A DNA stretch of 64,000 nucleotides from a virus, in the IMG/VR virus record IMGVR_UViG_3300014720_002669, one strand, 5' to 3'. Shown piece by piece: positions 30,198 to 40,168 of the stretch. Each line of letters opens with the position of its first letter. Within the stretch, counting starts at the first letter, position 1. Below the pieces are notes generated by a model that saw nothing but the letters and a program-made list of their open reading frames with translations, was not told where the DNA came from and did not search any database. The translations under genes were made by a program, and so were the position numbers.

Positions 30198-30637
30198 ATC
30201 AAGCAGAACGTGAAGTGGTAGACCGAGTGATGCAACATGCACAACGAAAAATATGGGTTACATTTCAAAAGGAAGGCATGCACAGATATCCCGCGGCTGC
30301 CACAGATCCTGCACTGGCCACAGGTGATGAATATGATGTTTCATTTCTTGCTAATTCTCATCGTCACATGTTTCATTTCCGGGTGTGGATTGATGTTGTA
30401 CACAATGATCGCGATATCGAATTTATCCAATTCAAACGTTGGCTTGAAAATCTCTACCGTAGTGGAACTCTCCAACTAGACTACAAAAGTTGTGAGATGA
30501 TGGCAGACGACCTATATATACAAATAGCCGGTCGTTATCCCAACCGAGCAGTGTGGATCGAAGTGTCCGAAGACGGAGAAAACGGCGCACTGATCAAATA
30601 CGAAATCACTAGACCCCTCAACAACATTGTCATCTAA
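30194..30637 (+). CDS. dpdL: QueD-like T-fold protein, DpdL-type
   Basis: LANSHRHMF fits LxxxHRHxF; HNDRDIEF, SCEMMA, VSEDGENG. Confidence 0.65.
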   Translation: MNQAEREVVDRVMQHAQRKIWVTFQKEGMHRYPAAATDPALATGDEYDVSFLANSHRHMFHFRVWIDVVHNDRDIEFIQFKRWLENLYRSGTLQLDYKSCEMMADDLYIQIAGRYPNRAVWIEVSEDGENGALIKYEITRPLNNIVI

Positions 30638-30647
30638 GGAGAACAAC

Positions 30648-30872
30648 ATGGCAAGACCCACATTCAAACCCAACCCCAAAGTGCGTGAGATCCAAGACGA
30701 TCTTGAAGTGTATCTGGAATTTTGTCAGGACTATGGATATCGCTACAACGAAGCGGATCTCTACAACTTCAAAACCTATGCCTGGCAACAGTTCAGCAAG
30801 TGGCATGCTGGCAAGTACGCCAAGAACATGTGGGATGAGGACACTCGTAGATTTGCAGGACATCGCGCATGA
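30648..30872 (+). CDS. hypothetical protein
   Basis: AAGGAG RBS; MARPTFK start. Confidence 0.7.
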   Translation: MARPTFKPNPKVREIQDDLEVYLEFCQDYGYRYNEADLYNFKTYAWQQFSKWHAGKYAKNMWDEDTRRFAGHRA

Positions 30873-32071
30873 GAAAACTATACTACATGGGTCTTGAAAG
30901 TTACGAGGCCCGTTACACACTGCAACTGACTGAGTGGAACCGACGTGTGTTTGAACGTCGAGGACTTGATGTGGTGTATGTGCCAGGTTTGACCCTAGAC
31001 AACAGTCAAAAGATTGTTGTGGGACAAGTGCTGGATGCACATGGACGCAGTTATTTTGGCATGAGCCAAATGATGAACCTGGTGCGGCTCATGCAACAAG
31101 GTGAAGTCACTGCAGAAGATGTGATCTATTTTGAAGACATGTTCCAGCCAGGCATTGAGAGTTTGCCATACATCATGGACCAGGTTCCTGCCGAACAACG
31201 TCCTCGCATTTATGTGCGCTGTCTGGCACAGGCCATTGATCCTGACGACTTTGTGCATGTGTGGGGCATGGCCGGCTGGATGAGCACATATGAAAAGATG
31301 GTCAATCACTTTGTAACAGGCGTGTTAGCCACCAACGAAGAAATGGTTGCTCACATGCGCATTGCAGGTTGGACTGCTCCAATCTACAACATCTCAGGAT
31401 TGGCGTTTGGCAAAGAAGAAGTGCTGGAACGCATTGGCGGCAGTGCCAACATTCGACCATTTGAAGATCGTCCGCGCCGTGTGGGCTTTGCCGCACGTTT
31501 TGATCAAGAAAAGCAACCTGGCTTCTTCATGGACTTGATTGAAATGTTTCATGAGCAAGGTCCAGTAGGCATTGAGTTCTGTATATACTCCGGTAGTCCA
31601 TTGCGTAGCAACAATCCTGAATATGTTGCTCGTGCTCGCCGCATGGAAGCTGAAGGTAAACTAAAGATCTACGACAACATCACCAAAAACCAATACTATG
31701 CGCATCTCAACAACACTAGAGTTTTGTTCAACTGTGCTCTGCAAGACTGGGTCAGCAATACAGTCAGTGAAGCTGACACTGTTGGTTGCAATGTGCTATA
31801 TCCAGCATACCGGTCATTCCCCGAAACCTTTGCCAACGATCCCAACAGACTCTACGTTCCGTGGTCAATTGATGATGCATATCACAAGATGCAAAATCTC
31901 TTGCGGAAACCACATCACAACATGGGTCTCATATCTGACTGGAACAATGGCACTGTTGACCGTGTGGTTGATATACTGTTTGGTCTTGGTGAGCATTGGA
32001 ATCGAGCGGGTGCGAGATACCGTGACCATGTGGCTGAAGCCAAATATCACGTAGTAAAGATTGCCATGTGA
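30869..32071 (+). CDS. GT-B (GT4-like) glycosyltransferase
   Basis: ARFDQEKQP, QDWVSNTVSEA, YPAYRSFPE. Confidence 0.75.
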   Translation: MRKLYYMGLESYEARYTLQLTEWNRRVFERRGLDVVYVPGLTLDNSQKIVVGQVLDAHGRSYFGMSQMMNLVRLMQQGEVTAEDVIYFEDMFQPGIESLPYIMDQVPAEQRPRIYVRCLAQAIDPDDFVHVWGMAGWMSTYEKMVNHFVTGVLATNEEMVAHMRIAGWTAPIYNISGLAFGKEEVLERIGGSANIRPFEDRPRRVGFAARFDQEKQPGFFMDLIEMFHEQGPVGIEFCIYSGSPLRSNNPEYVARARRMEAEGKLKIYDNITKNQYYAHLNNTRVLFNCALQDWVSNTVSEADTVGCNVLYPAYRSFPETFANDPNRLYVPWSIDDAYHKMQNLLRKPHHNMGLISDWNNGTVDRVVDILFGLGEHWNRAGARYRDHVAEAKYHVVKIAM

Positions 32072-32841
32072 AAACACAGTCAAGACCATTGGTTACCTTT
32101 GGTTGTAGTTGGACCTTTGGAGTAGGGGTTCAATATCAACCAGGTATGTCAAAAAAACAGTATGAAGCAATTGCACATCGAGAAGACAGTGCTGGGTTGA
32201 CTTTTAGGCGACGTCTTGCAGCCGATTATCAATGTGCAGAGCACAACCATGCTGTGATGGGTTCCAGTAATCAACAGCAGTTTCGATTGGCTAGAGAGTT
32301 TTTTTCTCCGGCCAAAGTTGAAAAATTAAAAAAACAATGGTCAAACATCACAGTGCTTTGGGGCATAACCAGCACTGCCAGAAGTGAATATTTTGATACC
32401 TCCAGCAATTTGTTTGAACCAATATATTCTGGAGACTCCGCACCCCAGGCCAAATTTTGGATAGCAAACTACAATCACGAGCATGAAGTACAGCAGTTGT
32501 CTATGGCAATAAAATACTGGGACGAATATTTTTGCAATCACGGCATACAGAATTTTTGGTTTGACACGTTTAATCATCACAATTATCAAGTTGACACATT
32601 GAAAAATTTCATCTACAAGAATAAACAACCAAGAGATTTGCTGTCACAAATGTTGATACAACACGGTCACGCAGTGCCCGACTCAAAATATCATTTGAGC
32701 AACTGGTCTTTGGACACTGCTAGATTAGATGCGTTGATTGACTTACAATTGATCAATCCAATCAGCTTCCATCCAACTCAACTGGGACACGAAGTGCTGT
32801 ACAAAATGTTGAAAAATGAAATTGGAGAATATTTAAAATGA
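32068..32841 (+). CDS. SGNH-like protein (paralog 3)
   Basis: FGCSWTFG, NHAVMGSSN, SFHP..LGH. Confidence 0.65.
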   Translation: MKTQSRPLVTFGCSWTFGVGVQYQPGMSKKQYEAIAHREDSAGLTFRRRLAADYQCAEHNHAVMGSSNQQQFRLAREFFSPAKVEKLKKQWSNITVLWGITSTARSEYFDTSSNLFEPIYSGDSAPQAKFWIANYNHEHEVQQLSMAIKYWDEYFCNHGIQNFWFDTFNHHNYQVDTLKNFIYKNKQPRDLLSQMLIQHGHAVPDSKYHLSNWSLDTARLDALIDLQLINPISFHPTQLGHEVLYKMLKNEIGEYLK

Positions 32842-33791
32842 ACACAGTTATAGTAACTGGGGCTGGCGGATACATTGGTGGCCAAACTGCATTGATGTTG
32901 AAGGATGCAGGTCATCGTGTGGTAGGCATTGACAAAAACAAATGCCCCCCGCATTTGAAGTCGGTGTTTGATGACTATATTGAAAAGGACTTTGCCCACA
33001 AAGACGCCTTGGTCACACTGTTGATACACGAACCCCGTGCCATCATACACTGTGCCGCCACCAGCCTGGTTGGGCCCAGCATCCGTCACCCCGGTTGTTA
33101 CTTTGAAAACAACGTGGTGAACACACTCACACTGTTGGATCAAGTGCGCAGAAGCATGCCCAAGACCAGAGTTATTTTTAGTTCAAGTGCCGCAGTGTAC
33201 GGTGAGCCTATTATGACTCCCTGTCACGAAGTGGATCCTTGTGAGCCTATATCTCCGTACGGTGACAGTAAACTCATGGTGGAACGCATCATGGCAGCAT
33301 ATCATAAGGCCTACAATTTAGACTATGTGGCATTTCGTTACTTCAATGCTTGTGGTGCCGACAGTCGAGCCAGACACGGACAAGAATCAGGTGCCACACA
33401 CATCATTGCTAGAGTGTTAGAAGCCATGAAAAATGATGCAGAATTTACGCTGAATGGTGTGGACTTTACTACACCAGACGGCACCTGTGTGCGTGACTAC
33501 GTGCATGTGGAAGACATTGCTCGAGCACATGTTCGGGCATTGGATGCTGAAATTTTATCAGGCGTGTACAATTTGGGCAACAATACAGGTGTCAGCAACA
33601 GAGAAATTATTGCCGCAGCCGAGCGTGTGACTGGAAAAAAATTGAAAGTTGTGATGGGCGAGGCTAGGCCAGGAGATCCTGCTGTGCTCACTGCCAGTGC
33701 TGCCAAATTTGGTATGGCTGCTGGAGGCTGGTGCTGCCACTATACCTTAGATGACATGATACAACACGCCTGGAACTGGTATGTTCGATAA
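32838..33791 (+). CDS. galE: UDP-glucose 4-epimerase
   Basis: TGAGGYIG, FSSSAAVYG, YGDSK, RYFNACG, DGTCVRDYVHV. Confidence 0.9.
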   Translation: MNTVIVTGAGGYIGGQTALMLKDAGHRVVGIDKNKCPPHLKSVFDDYIEKDFAHKDALVTLLIHEPRAIIHCAATSLVGPSIRHPGCYFENNVVNTLTLLDQVRRSMPKTRVIFSSSAAVYGEPIMTPCHEVDPCEPISPYGDSKLMVERIMAAYHKAYNLDYVAFRYFNACGADSRARHGQESGATHIIARVLEAMKNDAEFTLNGVDFTTPDGTCVRDYVHVEDIARAHVRALDAEILSGVYNLGNNTGVSNREIIAAAERVTGKKLKVVMGEARPGDPAVLTASAAKFGMAAGGWCCHYTLDDMIQHAWNWYVR

Positions 33792-34380
33792 AATACTGGC
33801 ATTTGAAACTGCCCTGGCAGCATTCACAGGTGCGCCACGAGCCATCATGACTGATTGTTGTACTCATGCAATTGAATTGTGTTTGCGGTATGACAAAATC
33901 AGTGCCTGCACATTTACACCATATACATATTTAAGCATTCCAATGACCATGCACAAACTGGGAATCCGCTACGAATATTATCCAGATTCGTTGCCACGTA
34001 GACAACAGTGGATTGGAGAGTACAAGTTTGAATTAACACGAATTTGGGATAGTGCTCGTAGACTGGAAGCCATGATGTATAGACCTGGACAGATGCAGTG
34101 TGTGAGTTTTGGTCATGACAAACCCTTGGCCATTGGTCGAGGTGGTGCCATATTGCTGGATGACGAGTCTGCATATCAAGCCTTGATACGCATGAGGTAT
34201 GATGGTCGTGATTTGACCATATCACCTTGGGTCGAGCAACAAGAGTTTCGGGTGGGCTACCACTATCGTCCCACTATTGAAGAAGCCCAACGCGGCCTAG
34301 AACTGCTGGCCAGTTATCACAGTCAACCTCCCCAACCAAAATTATATCCAGATTGTAGACAAATTTCCATAGTGACTTGA
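33781..34380 (+). CDS. short DegT/DnrJ PLP aminotransferase-like protein
   Basis: DCCTHAI, WDSA, SFGHDKPL..GRGGAIL. Confidence 0.7.
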   Translation: MFDKILAFETALAAFTGAPRAIMTDCCTHAIELCLRYDKISACTFTPYTYLSIPMTMHKLGIRYEYYPDSLPRRQQWIGEYKFELTRIWDSARRLEAMMYRPGQMQCVSFGHDKPLAIGRGGAILLDDESAYQALIRMRYDGRDLTISPWVEQQEFRVGYHYRPTIEEAQRGLELLASYHSQPPQPKLYPDCRQISIVT

Positions 34381-34423
34381 CTGTCACGATCTAAATAGTG
34401 TACAATCACACACCGGAGTAACA

Positions 34424-35119
34424 ATGCAAGAAAAGAATTTATCACAAGTACTTAGAGAACAAATGACGGCCCGAGGTCACCGCTTCTGGGCCGGCGACAA
34501 CATCAGCGATTACATGAGCGATGCCATCAAAGAAAAACTCATTGACGAAGCCACTGTGGCATTTGAAGGTGTGTTGGATGCCTTGCTGATCGATCGTGAA
34601 AACGATCCTAATTCACGTGGCACAGCGCGGCGCTTGGCCAAGATGTACTACCACGAAATCATGGCAGGTAGATATGAAGCACCCCCAGATTGCACCGCTT
34701 TTCCCAATGACTCAGCAGACCGCTACGAAGGCATGTTGGTGGTGCGTAGTGAGTTACGTAGTATGTGCAGTCATCATCATCAGCCTGTTAGTGGTGTTGC
34801 CTACATCGGAATTATTGCTGCACAAAAACTTATTGGTCTGTCTAAGTATACTCGTATTGCTCAGTGGTGCGCTCGGCGCGGTACTTTGCAGGAAGAACTG
34901 TGTATAGACATCGCCAATGCCATAGAACAGGCCACTGACAGTCATGATGTTGGTGTGTACATACAGGCCACGCATGGGTGCTGTGAGAATCGAGGTATCA
35001 TGGCACACAGCAGTCTCACACAGACCACAGTGCTACGTGGTGCGTTTAAAGACGATGCCAGTGTGAAAAAAGAGTTCATGGACAATATCAAATTACAACA
35101 GGAGTTTGCACCGCGATGA
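34424..35119 (+). CDS. folE: GTP cyclohydrolase I
   Basis: SMCSHHH, IGLSK, R..LQEEL, HGCCENRG. Confidence 0.95.
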   Translation: MQEKNLSQVLREQMTARGHRFWAGDNISDYMSDAIKEKLIDEATVAFEGVLDALLIDRENDPNSRGTARRLAKMYYHEIMAGRYEAPPDCTAFPNDSADRYEGMLVVRSELRSMCSHHHQPVSGVAYIGIIAAQKLIGLSKYTRIAQWCARRGTLQEELCIDIANAIEQATDSHDVGVYIQATHGCCENRGIMAHSSLTQTTVLRGAFKDDASVKKEFMDNIKLQQEFAPR

Positions 35120-35229
35120 TTATCACAAACCGCACAGGCAAGATTCGATTGCCCTGGGAACCAGGGCTGTTGGAATGGTTGCAGGAACACTATCCTGCAA
35201 GTCAGTATAGAGTGGTAGAATTAACTTAA
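35116..35229 (+). CDS. small hypothetical protein (37 aa, MIITNRTGKIRLPWE...)
   Basis: ATGA overlap with the folE stop; fills the gap. Confidence 0.55.
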   Translation: MIITNRTGKIRLPWEPGLLEWLQEHYPASQYRVVELT

Positions 35230-35240
35230 AGGAAAACAAA

Positions 35241-35432
35241 ATGAGTAAATTAAGCAAATTGACAAAAGTAAATGAGTCAATCACCATCTACCGTTATGAC
35301 AACGGCTTCATGGTCGAGGTAGGCGGTCGTGACGACGAAAACGATTGGAAATCTGCCAAGGTTCTTTGCGCAACAGAAGCGGACATGATGGCTGTGGTGC
35401 AAGAGTGGATTAGCATGGAATTAGACAACTAA
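35241..35432 (+). CDS. hypothetical protein
   Basis: AAGGA RBS. Confidence 0.7.
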   Translation: MSKLSKLTKVNESITIYRYDNGFMVEVGGRDDENDWKSAKVLCATEADMMAVVQEWISMELDN

Positions 35433-35441
35433 GGAGAAACA

Positions 35442-36140
35442 ATGTTTGGCGCAAACTATAGTGAAAATGATGTTATCAATTATCGTTCAGCAGAAGAAAT
35501 TAATTCGGCCATGGGTCGTGTGTATGGGCACATGAGCTTGGCTGTACTGTTCAGCATGCTGGTCAGTTATTGGATTGGTACCACACCAGAACTGTTGCAA
35601 TTCTTTTTCACCGGAGTGTTGAAATGGATTGTTATCTTTGCACCTTTGGCAGCCATATTTGGTGTGAGTTATATGTTGGCCAATAACCCTACAAAATCCA
35701 CAGCACAGTTGTGCTTACATGGATTTGCGGCATTGATGGGCTTGAGTTTTAGCATGATCTTTGCTGTGTTTACCATGGGCTCAATTGTTAGTGCGTTCAT
35801 GGGTGCAGCCATCCTGTTTGGTGTGATGAGTGGCTATGGGTACTTTACCAAACGCAGTCTTGACAGTGTGGGACAGTTCATGTTTGTGGGCTTGATTGCC
35901 ATCATTATTGCCAGCATTGTGAACATCTTTATTGGATCAACTGTAATGCAGATGGTTATCAGTGCATTGGCCATCATTATCTTCCTGGGACTCACTGCCT
36001 ATGACACACAAAAGATTCGCGAAGAACTCAGTGTGGAGACCAGTGACAGTGCAGAAGTACGTGGTGCATTGACCTTGTACATGGACTTTATCAACTTGTT
36101 CTTGAATCTGTTGCAGTTGTTTGGCGGCAGAAAAGAATAA
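35442..36140 (+). CDS. Bax inhibitor-1/YccA-family membrane protein
   Basis: About 7 hydrophobic segments; LTAYDTQ, GALTLYMDFINLF. Confidence 0.9.
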   Translation: MFGANYSENDVINYRSAEEINSAMGRVYGHMSLAVLFSMLVSYWIGTTPELLQFFFTGVLKWIVIFAPLAAIFGVSYMLANNPTKSTAQLCLHGFAALMGLSFSMIFAVFTMGSIVSAFMGAAILFGVMSGYGYFTKRSLDSVGQFMFVGLIAIIIASIVNIFIGSTVMQMVISALAIIIFLGLTAYDTQKIREELSVETSDSAEVRGALTLYMDFINLFLNLLQLFGGRKE

Positions 36141-36142
36141 TC

Positions 36143-36790
36143 ATGGCCACGTGGGAACTGTCAACCGAATACAAAAAGAACGCCATCGAGGTACAACTGT
36201 GGTATAAAGATGGTGTTACTATAAAGAAAATTGAAGGCTATCGCTGGGGCACTTTCTATTGCGAAAGCGATGAACATCCCGACATTGACTTGCGCAACCC
36301 CGACGGTTATGAACTAGCAGACTATGATTGGGAATTGGACAGTCTGGATGATGGTTGTTGGAGTGAATGGCAGTATCCTGATTCTGTCACAGCAGAAGAA
36401 CGTGCCAAGATCGAAGCAGCCTGGGACGAAAACTGGTACAAAGGCATGGAAGACTTGGGCTGGTCAAACGATGATACCGAGTATCACTTTCAAGGTCCAC
36501 TGAAGTTGGTGAACCGAGATACTGGAGAAGAGTTCTCAGTATTGGATGCCGATGGCAATGTCATTCCCGAACCAGAATGGAATCCAGCGGCAGAACTTGA
36601 CAAGATTGAACCACCACTGACTGAATGGTTTCCTTCAGATGTTGCGCCTGTGCGTGAAGGCCGTTACCAAATCAACGACAACAAAAATCCACAATGGCCA
36701 TTTCCTGCCTATGCAGACTGGGATGGGCAAAAGTGGAGTGAGGACAGCATTGAGAAGTGGCGCGGACTGGCCGAGGATCCCAACAAGTGA
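36143..36790 (+). CDS. hypothetical acidic Trp-rich protein
   Basis: ORF translation. Confidence 0.7.
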   Translation: MATWELSTEYKKNAIEVQLWYKDGVTIKKIEGYRWGTFYCESDEHPDIDLRNPDGYELADYDWELDSLDDGCWSEWQYPDSVTAEERAKIEAAWDENWYKGMEDLGWSNDDTEYHFQGPLKLVNRDTGEEFSVLDADGNVIPEPEWNPAAELDKIEPPLTEWFPSDVAPVREGRYQINDNKNPQWPFPAYADWDGQKWSEDSIEKWRGLAEDPNK

Positions 36791-37857
36791 GTGTTTGGAC
36801 CAATTGGGATCCGCTTGAAGAAGTCATAGTAGGTGATTGCCATGCGGTACATGCACTGGATTGGTATGTGCCCAAACCACAACAGTCTGCATTCAATCAA
36901 ATACTTGAAGAAACCAAGCAAGATCTCAACAGGTTGGCGGCGTTGTTACAATCACTTGGTGTGACAGTTCATCGTCCCTTGGTCCCGAACATACAACAAA
37001 ATATCCAACTGCCCACATTTTCAATCAAGTGTGCAGTGGCGCCTGTGGTGCCCAGAGATCAATTTTTGGTATATGGTTCCACTGTGTACCAAACATTTAC
37101 CAGCATGCCTGACAGATATATCGATAGTTTGTCGTATTATAAAATTTTCTGCAGCCTATTCAAACAAGGGCACAACTGGCTTAGTCAACCAGCGCCGATT
37201 TTGTTTGACATGCCCAATGATGTAGACTGGACACAGCAAGGTGAAACAGTCTATAAAAAAATATTGCACGAACGTGTGTTGTGGCACACAGCAACCATGT
37301 TCAAGTGCGGTGATGCATTGATTACCAATACTGCTGGTCCAGGCACTGCTTTGGGACTGGAATGGATGCAAAGAAACTTGCCACCCAACACTGTGGTAGC
37401 CAATCACAATACCACGCAAAACAACTGGGGTCACATTGATCATGGGTTTTTGATGATAGATGACCACACTGTGATCTGCAAGAACTCGGAGTTTGTGCCC
37501 AAAGTTTTGCGTGATAAAAATATAATATGTGTGCAACAATATCTAACTGAGAATCAATCAGTGCTACCTGCTCATGCTGTGTTGAGCAACAATCTGCAGC
37601 ACATACACAGCCTGCTGGATGAAGCCAAGGGCTATGAACAAGTTACCAACTTTGATTTGAATGTGCTGGTAGTAGATTCCAAAAATATTATTTTTGGATC
37701 TCATCGTCCAGAGTTATTTGCACATTTAAAACAGCATGGTATAACATGTCACGTCAGTGAATTTAGACACAACAAATTTTGGTATGCCGGCATACACTGT
37801 GTTACCTTGGATATTCGACGCCGTGGTCAACAAAGAAAGATTATCAATGAAATATGA
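36787..37857 (+). CDS. amidinotransferase (glycine/inosamine-phosphate amidinotransferase-like)
   Basis: WDPLEEVIVG, PRD, GHID, GIHCVTLD; GTG start. Confidence 0.8.
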   Translation: MSVWTNWDPLEEVIVGDCHAVHALDWYVPKPQQSAFNQILEETKQDLNRLAALLQSLGVTVHRPLVPNIQQNIQLPTFSIKCAVAPVVPRDQFLVYGSTVYQTFTSMPDRYIDSLSYYKIFCSLFKQGHNWLSQPAPILFDMPNDVDWTQQGETVYKKILHERVLWHTATMFKCGDALITNTAGPGTALGLEWMQRNLPPNTVVANHNTTQNNWGHIDHGFLMIDDHTVICKNSEFVPKVLRDKNIICVQQYLTENQSVLPAHAVLSNNLQHIHSLLDEAKGYEQVTNFDLNVLVVDSKNIIFGSHRPELFAHLKQHGITCHVSEFRHNKFWYAGIHCVTLDIRRRGQQRKIINEI

Positions 37858-38248
37858 AACATTAAAAGAAGCACAGAACGCAGGTGTAGCACCTTGGGAT
37901 TTAGAAGTTGAACAACTGTCAGACTTTCACGTGGCAGTGTTTCGAGATCGTTATCCTGTTGCCCGTGGGCATTTGTTATTTGTGCCACAGTACAACACAG
38001 ATGCGGTAATTAACGACTGTTTTGAAACTGCCATGCGTGAAGGTCGTAGAATGGTTGACGCTGGCGAATGTGATGCATTCAACATAGGCATCAACATGGG
38101 TGCAGCGGCAGGCCAAACTGTGATGTATCCGCATGTGCATTTGATTCCTCGTCGTCATAGCGACTGCGCTGATCCTGTGGGAGGTGTGCGTGGAGTGATA
38201 GTTGGTCAAGCCAATTATAAAAGTGCATCGTATCAACTTCCCAACTGA
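37847..38248 (+). CDS. HIT-family nucleotide hydrolase
   Basis: YPVARGHLLFVP, AGQTVMYPHVHLIPR. Confidence 0.9.
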   Translation: MKYETLKEAQNAGVAPWDLEVEQLSDFHVAVFRDRYPVARGHLLFVPQYNTDAVINDCFETAMREGRRMVDAGECDAFNIGINMGAAAGQTVMYPHVHLIPRRHSDCADPVGGVRGVIVGQANYKSASYQLPN

Positions 38249-38257
38249 TTTTTCGCA

Positions 38258-38680
38258 ATGATACGCTATCTAGAGTTACCAAAAATTCCCGATGACATTT
38301 TGCAAATCATTCCGACTGAGTTGAATAAATATCATTGCAAGATTAACTATGGCACTTACAATTGGTCTGACAGTTTCAATCAAGAACTCAATGCCTGGGG
38401 ACAACAGTATATTTGCCAAGATATGTATTTTGCTTTTCAATTGATGACTGGCGATGTACCTACACACAAAGACATAGGAACAAAAACCAAACTGGTTTAT
38501 CTTCTTTGCACTGGCGGGGACAATGTGATAACAAATTTTTACAACAAAAACAACAAATGCACACATAGTTATCACATAGAACTACATCGTTGGCATATTT
38601 TGCAAGCAAGTAGAAAACACAGTGTGGATGGAATAGTGCCAGGAAGTCTAAGACTCAGTGTTACTGGACGTATTTTTTAA
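38258..38680 (+). CDS. cupin / 2OG-Fe(II)-like protein
   Basis: PTHKD...H motif; resembles 55011-55631. Confidence 0.45.
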   Translation: MIRYLELPKIPDDILQIIPTELNKYHCKINYGTYNWSDSFNQELNAWGQQYICQDMYFAFQLMTGDVPTHKDIGTKTKLVYLLCTGGDNVITNFYNKNNKCTHSYHIELHRWHILQASRKHSVDGIVPGSLRLSVTGRIF

Positions 38681-38685
38681 TCACC

Positions 38686-38750
38686 TACCGGCCTTTGGCA
38701 TCATTCCCGGTATACAAATTCTGCTGCCTATGCTAAAATTAACATAGGAG
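38686..38750 (+). promoter_or_regulatory. structured queD leader: pseudoknot plus RBS-sequestering hairpin (riboswitch-like)
   Basis: TACCGG/CCGGTA; loop GGCA pairs with TGCC; CCTATG/CATAGG covers part of AGGAG. Confidence 0.5.
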
Positions 38751-38757
38751 AAAAAGC

Positions 38758-39291
38758 ATGTCACAAGATCAAAACCAAGTAGGTCACCGCTGGATGTCAG
38801 CAAGACAGTACAAGTACACATCAACCAAAGAGTATCACGATGCGTTTCCATGCGCATATCGTCAATGGCGAGCAGACAGTCATTGCAATTTGATTCATGG
38901 CTATAGTTTCTCGATGAAGTTCTACTTTGGTACAGATAACTTGGATGTACGCAACTGGGCTGCCGACTATGGTGGTCTCAAAGAACTCAAGTCGGTGTTG
39001 GAAAGTCAATTTGACCACACATTGTTGGTAGCCGAAGATGATCCTGAACTAGAGTTCTACAAGGAAATGGAACGCCGTAGTCTTGCCAAACTAACTATAC
39101 TACCCAAACTGGGTTGTGAAGGACTGGCTGATCAGCTGTACAAATATGTGAACGGTGTTTATATTCCTGACATGTGGGGGCAAGGTGAAGCAGCTCGACT
39201 GTGGTGCTATCGCGTGGAAGTGCGTGAAACCCAGAGCAACATGGCTTTTAGAGAAGGCCATCGCGAATGGAATGAGGATTTATTTGCATAA
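38758..39291 (+). CDS. queD: 6-carboxytetrahydropterin synthase
   Basis: CNLIHGY (CxxxHG), DYGGLK, FDHT, EVRET. Confidence 0.85.
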   Translation: MSQDQNQVGHRWMSARQYKYTSTKEYHDAFPCAYRQWRADSHCNLIHGYSFSMKFYFGTDNLDVRNWAADYGGLKELKSVLESQFDHTLLVAEDDPELEFYKEMERRSLAKLTILPKLGCEGLADQLYKYVNGVYIPDMWGQGEAARLWCYRVEVRETQSNMAFREGHREWNEDLFA

Positions 39292-39300
39292 GGATCAAGT

Positions 39301-40161
39301 ATGAGTATGGTAACTTACGATCAATCACATCGTTACGATATTGCTATGTTGTTGGCCACACGAGGCCGAACTGAAAGTCTGGACCGCAGTGTTCGCAGCC
39401 TAATAGAGTTGGCTGACCATCCTGAACGTGTGCAGTTGATGTTTGCGTTTGATCGCGATGATGTGATTGGCAAAGATTATTTTAAAACGAAACTTCAACC
39501 CTGGATGGATCAACAAAAACTGGCCTACAAGGCCATGATATTTGATCGCCAGGGATATCACAGACTACACATCTACAACAACAAGTTGGCAGAAAATACC
39601 GATTCACGTTGGCTGATGATTTGGAACGATGATGCCTACATGGAAACTCAAGGTTGGGATACCACCATCATGAGTTACGAAGGACAATTTCGATTGCTGG
39701 CTTTTCATACTCACATGGATCATCCCTACAGCATCTTTCCTATCATTCCAAGAAAGTGGTTTGATTTGTTGGGCTATATCTCACCACACAGTGTGCAAGA
39801 TGGCTGGCTAAGCCAACAGGCATACATGCTGGATATCTGGCAGCGTATACCTGTGAATGTGTTACATGACCGTGCAGATCTAACCGGCAACAACAATGAT
39901 ACCACGTTTCGTGAACGTGCATCGCTGGAAGGTCGTCCCATGGACGAAAATGACTTTCACAGTAGGTCACAGATAGCATTGCGACAGCAAGATTGCTATA
40001 AATTGGCAGCTTATATGTTGAATGATTTGCAAATGGATCTGAGTTTTTTCAACAATATCTGGCTGGGCGCACAAGATCCCTGGGAAAAATTAGCTAAAAA
40101 TGATGTCAACAAGCAAATGGTTCAGTTTTCTAATCCGCATGTGCATTTTGGAAACAAGTAA
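39301..40161 (+). CDS. GT2-like glycosyltransferase
   Basis: LATRGR, FDRDD, WNDD, FPII, QDGW. Confidence 0.7.
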   Translation: MSMVTYDQSHRYDIAMLLATRGRTESLDRSVRSLIELADHPERVQLMFAFDRDDVIGKDYFKTKLQPWMDQQKLAYKAMIFDRQGYHRLHIYNNKLAENTDSRWLMIWNDDAYMETQGWDTTIMSYEGQFRLLAFHTHMDHPYSIFPIIPRKWFDLLGYISPHSVQDGWLSQQAYMLDIWQRIPVNVLHDRADLTGNNNDTTFRERASLEGRPMDENDFHSRSQIALRQQDCYKLAAYMLNDLQMDLSFFNNIWLGAQDPWEKLAKNDVNKQMVQFSNPHVHFGNK

Positions 40162-40168
40162 ATAAGAC

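Noticed and set aside
38686-38750. Canonical preQ1-I riboswitch
   Set aside because: The loop consensus does not match; kept only as an unassigned candidate.
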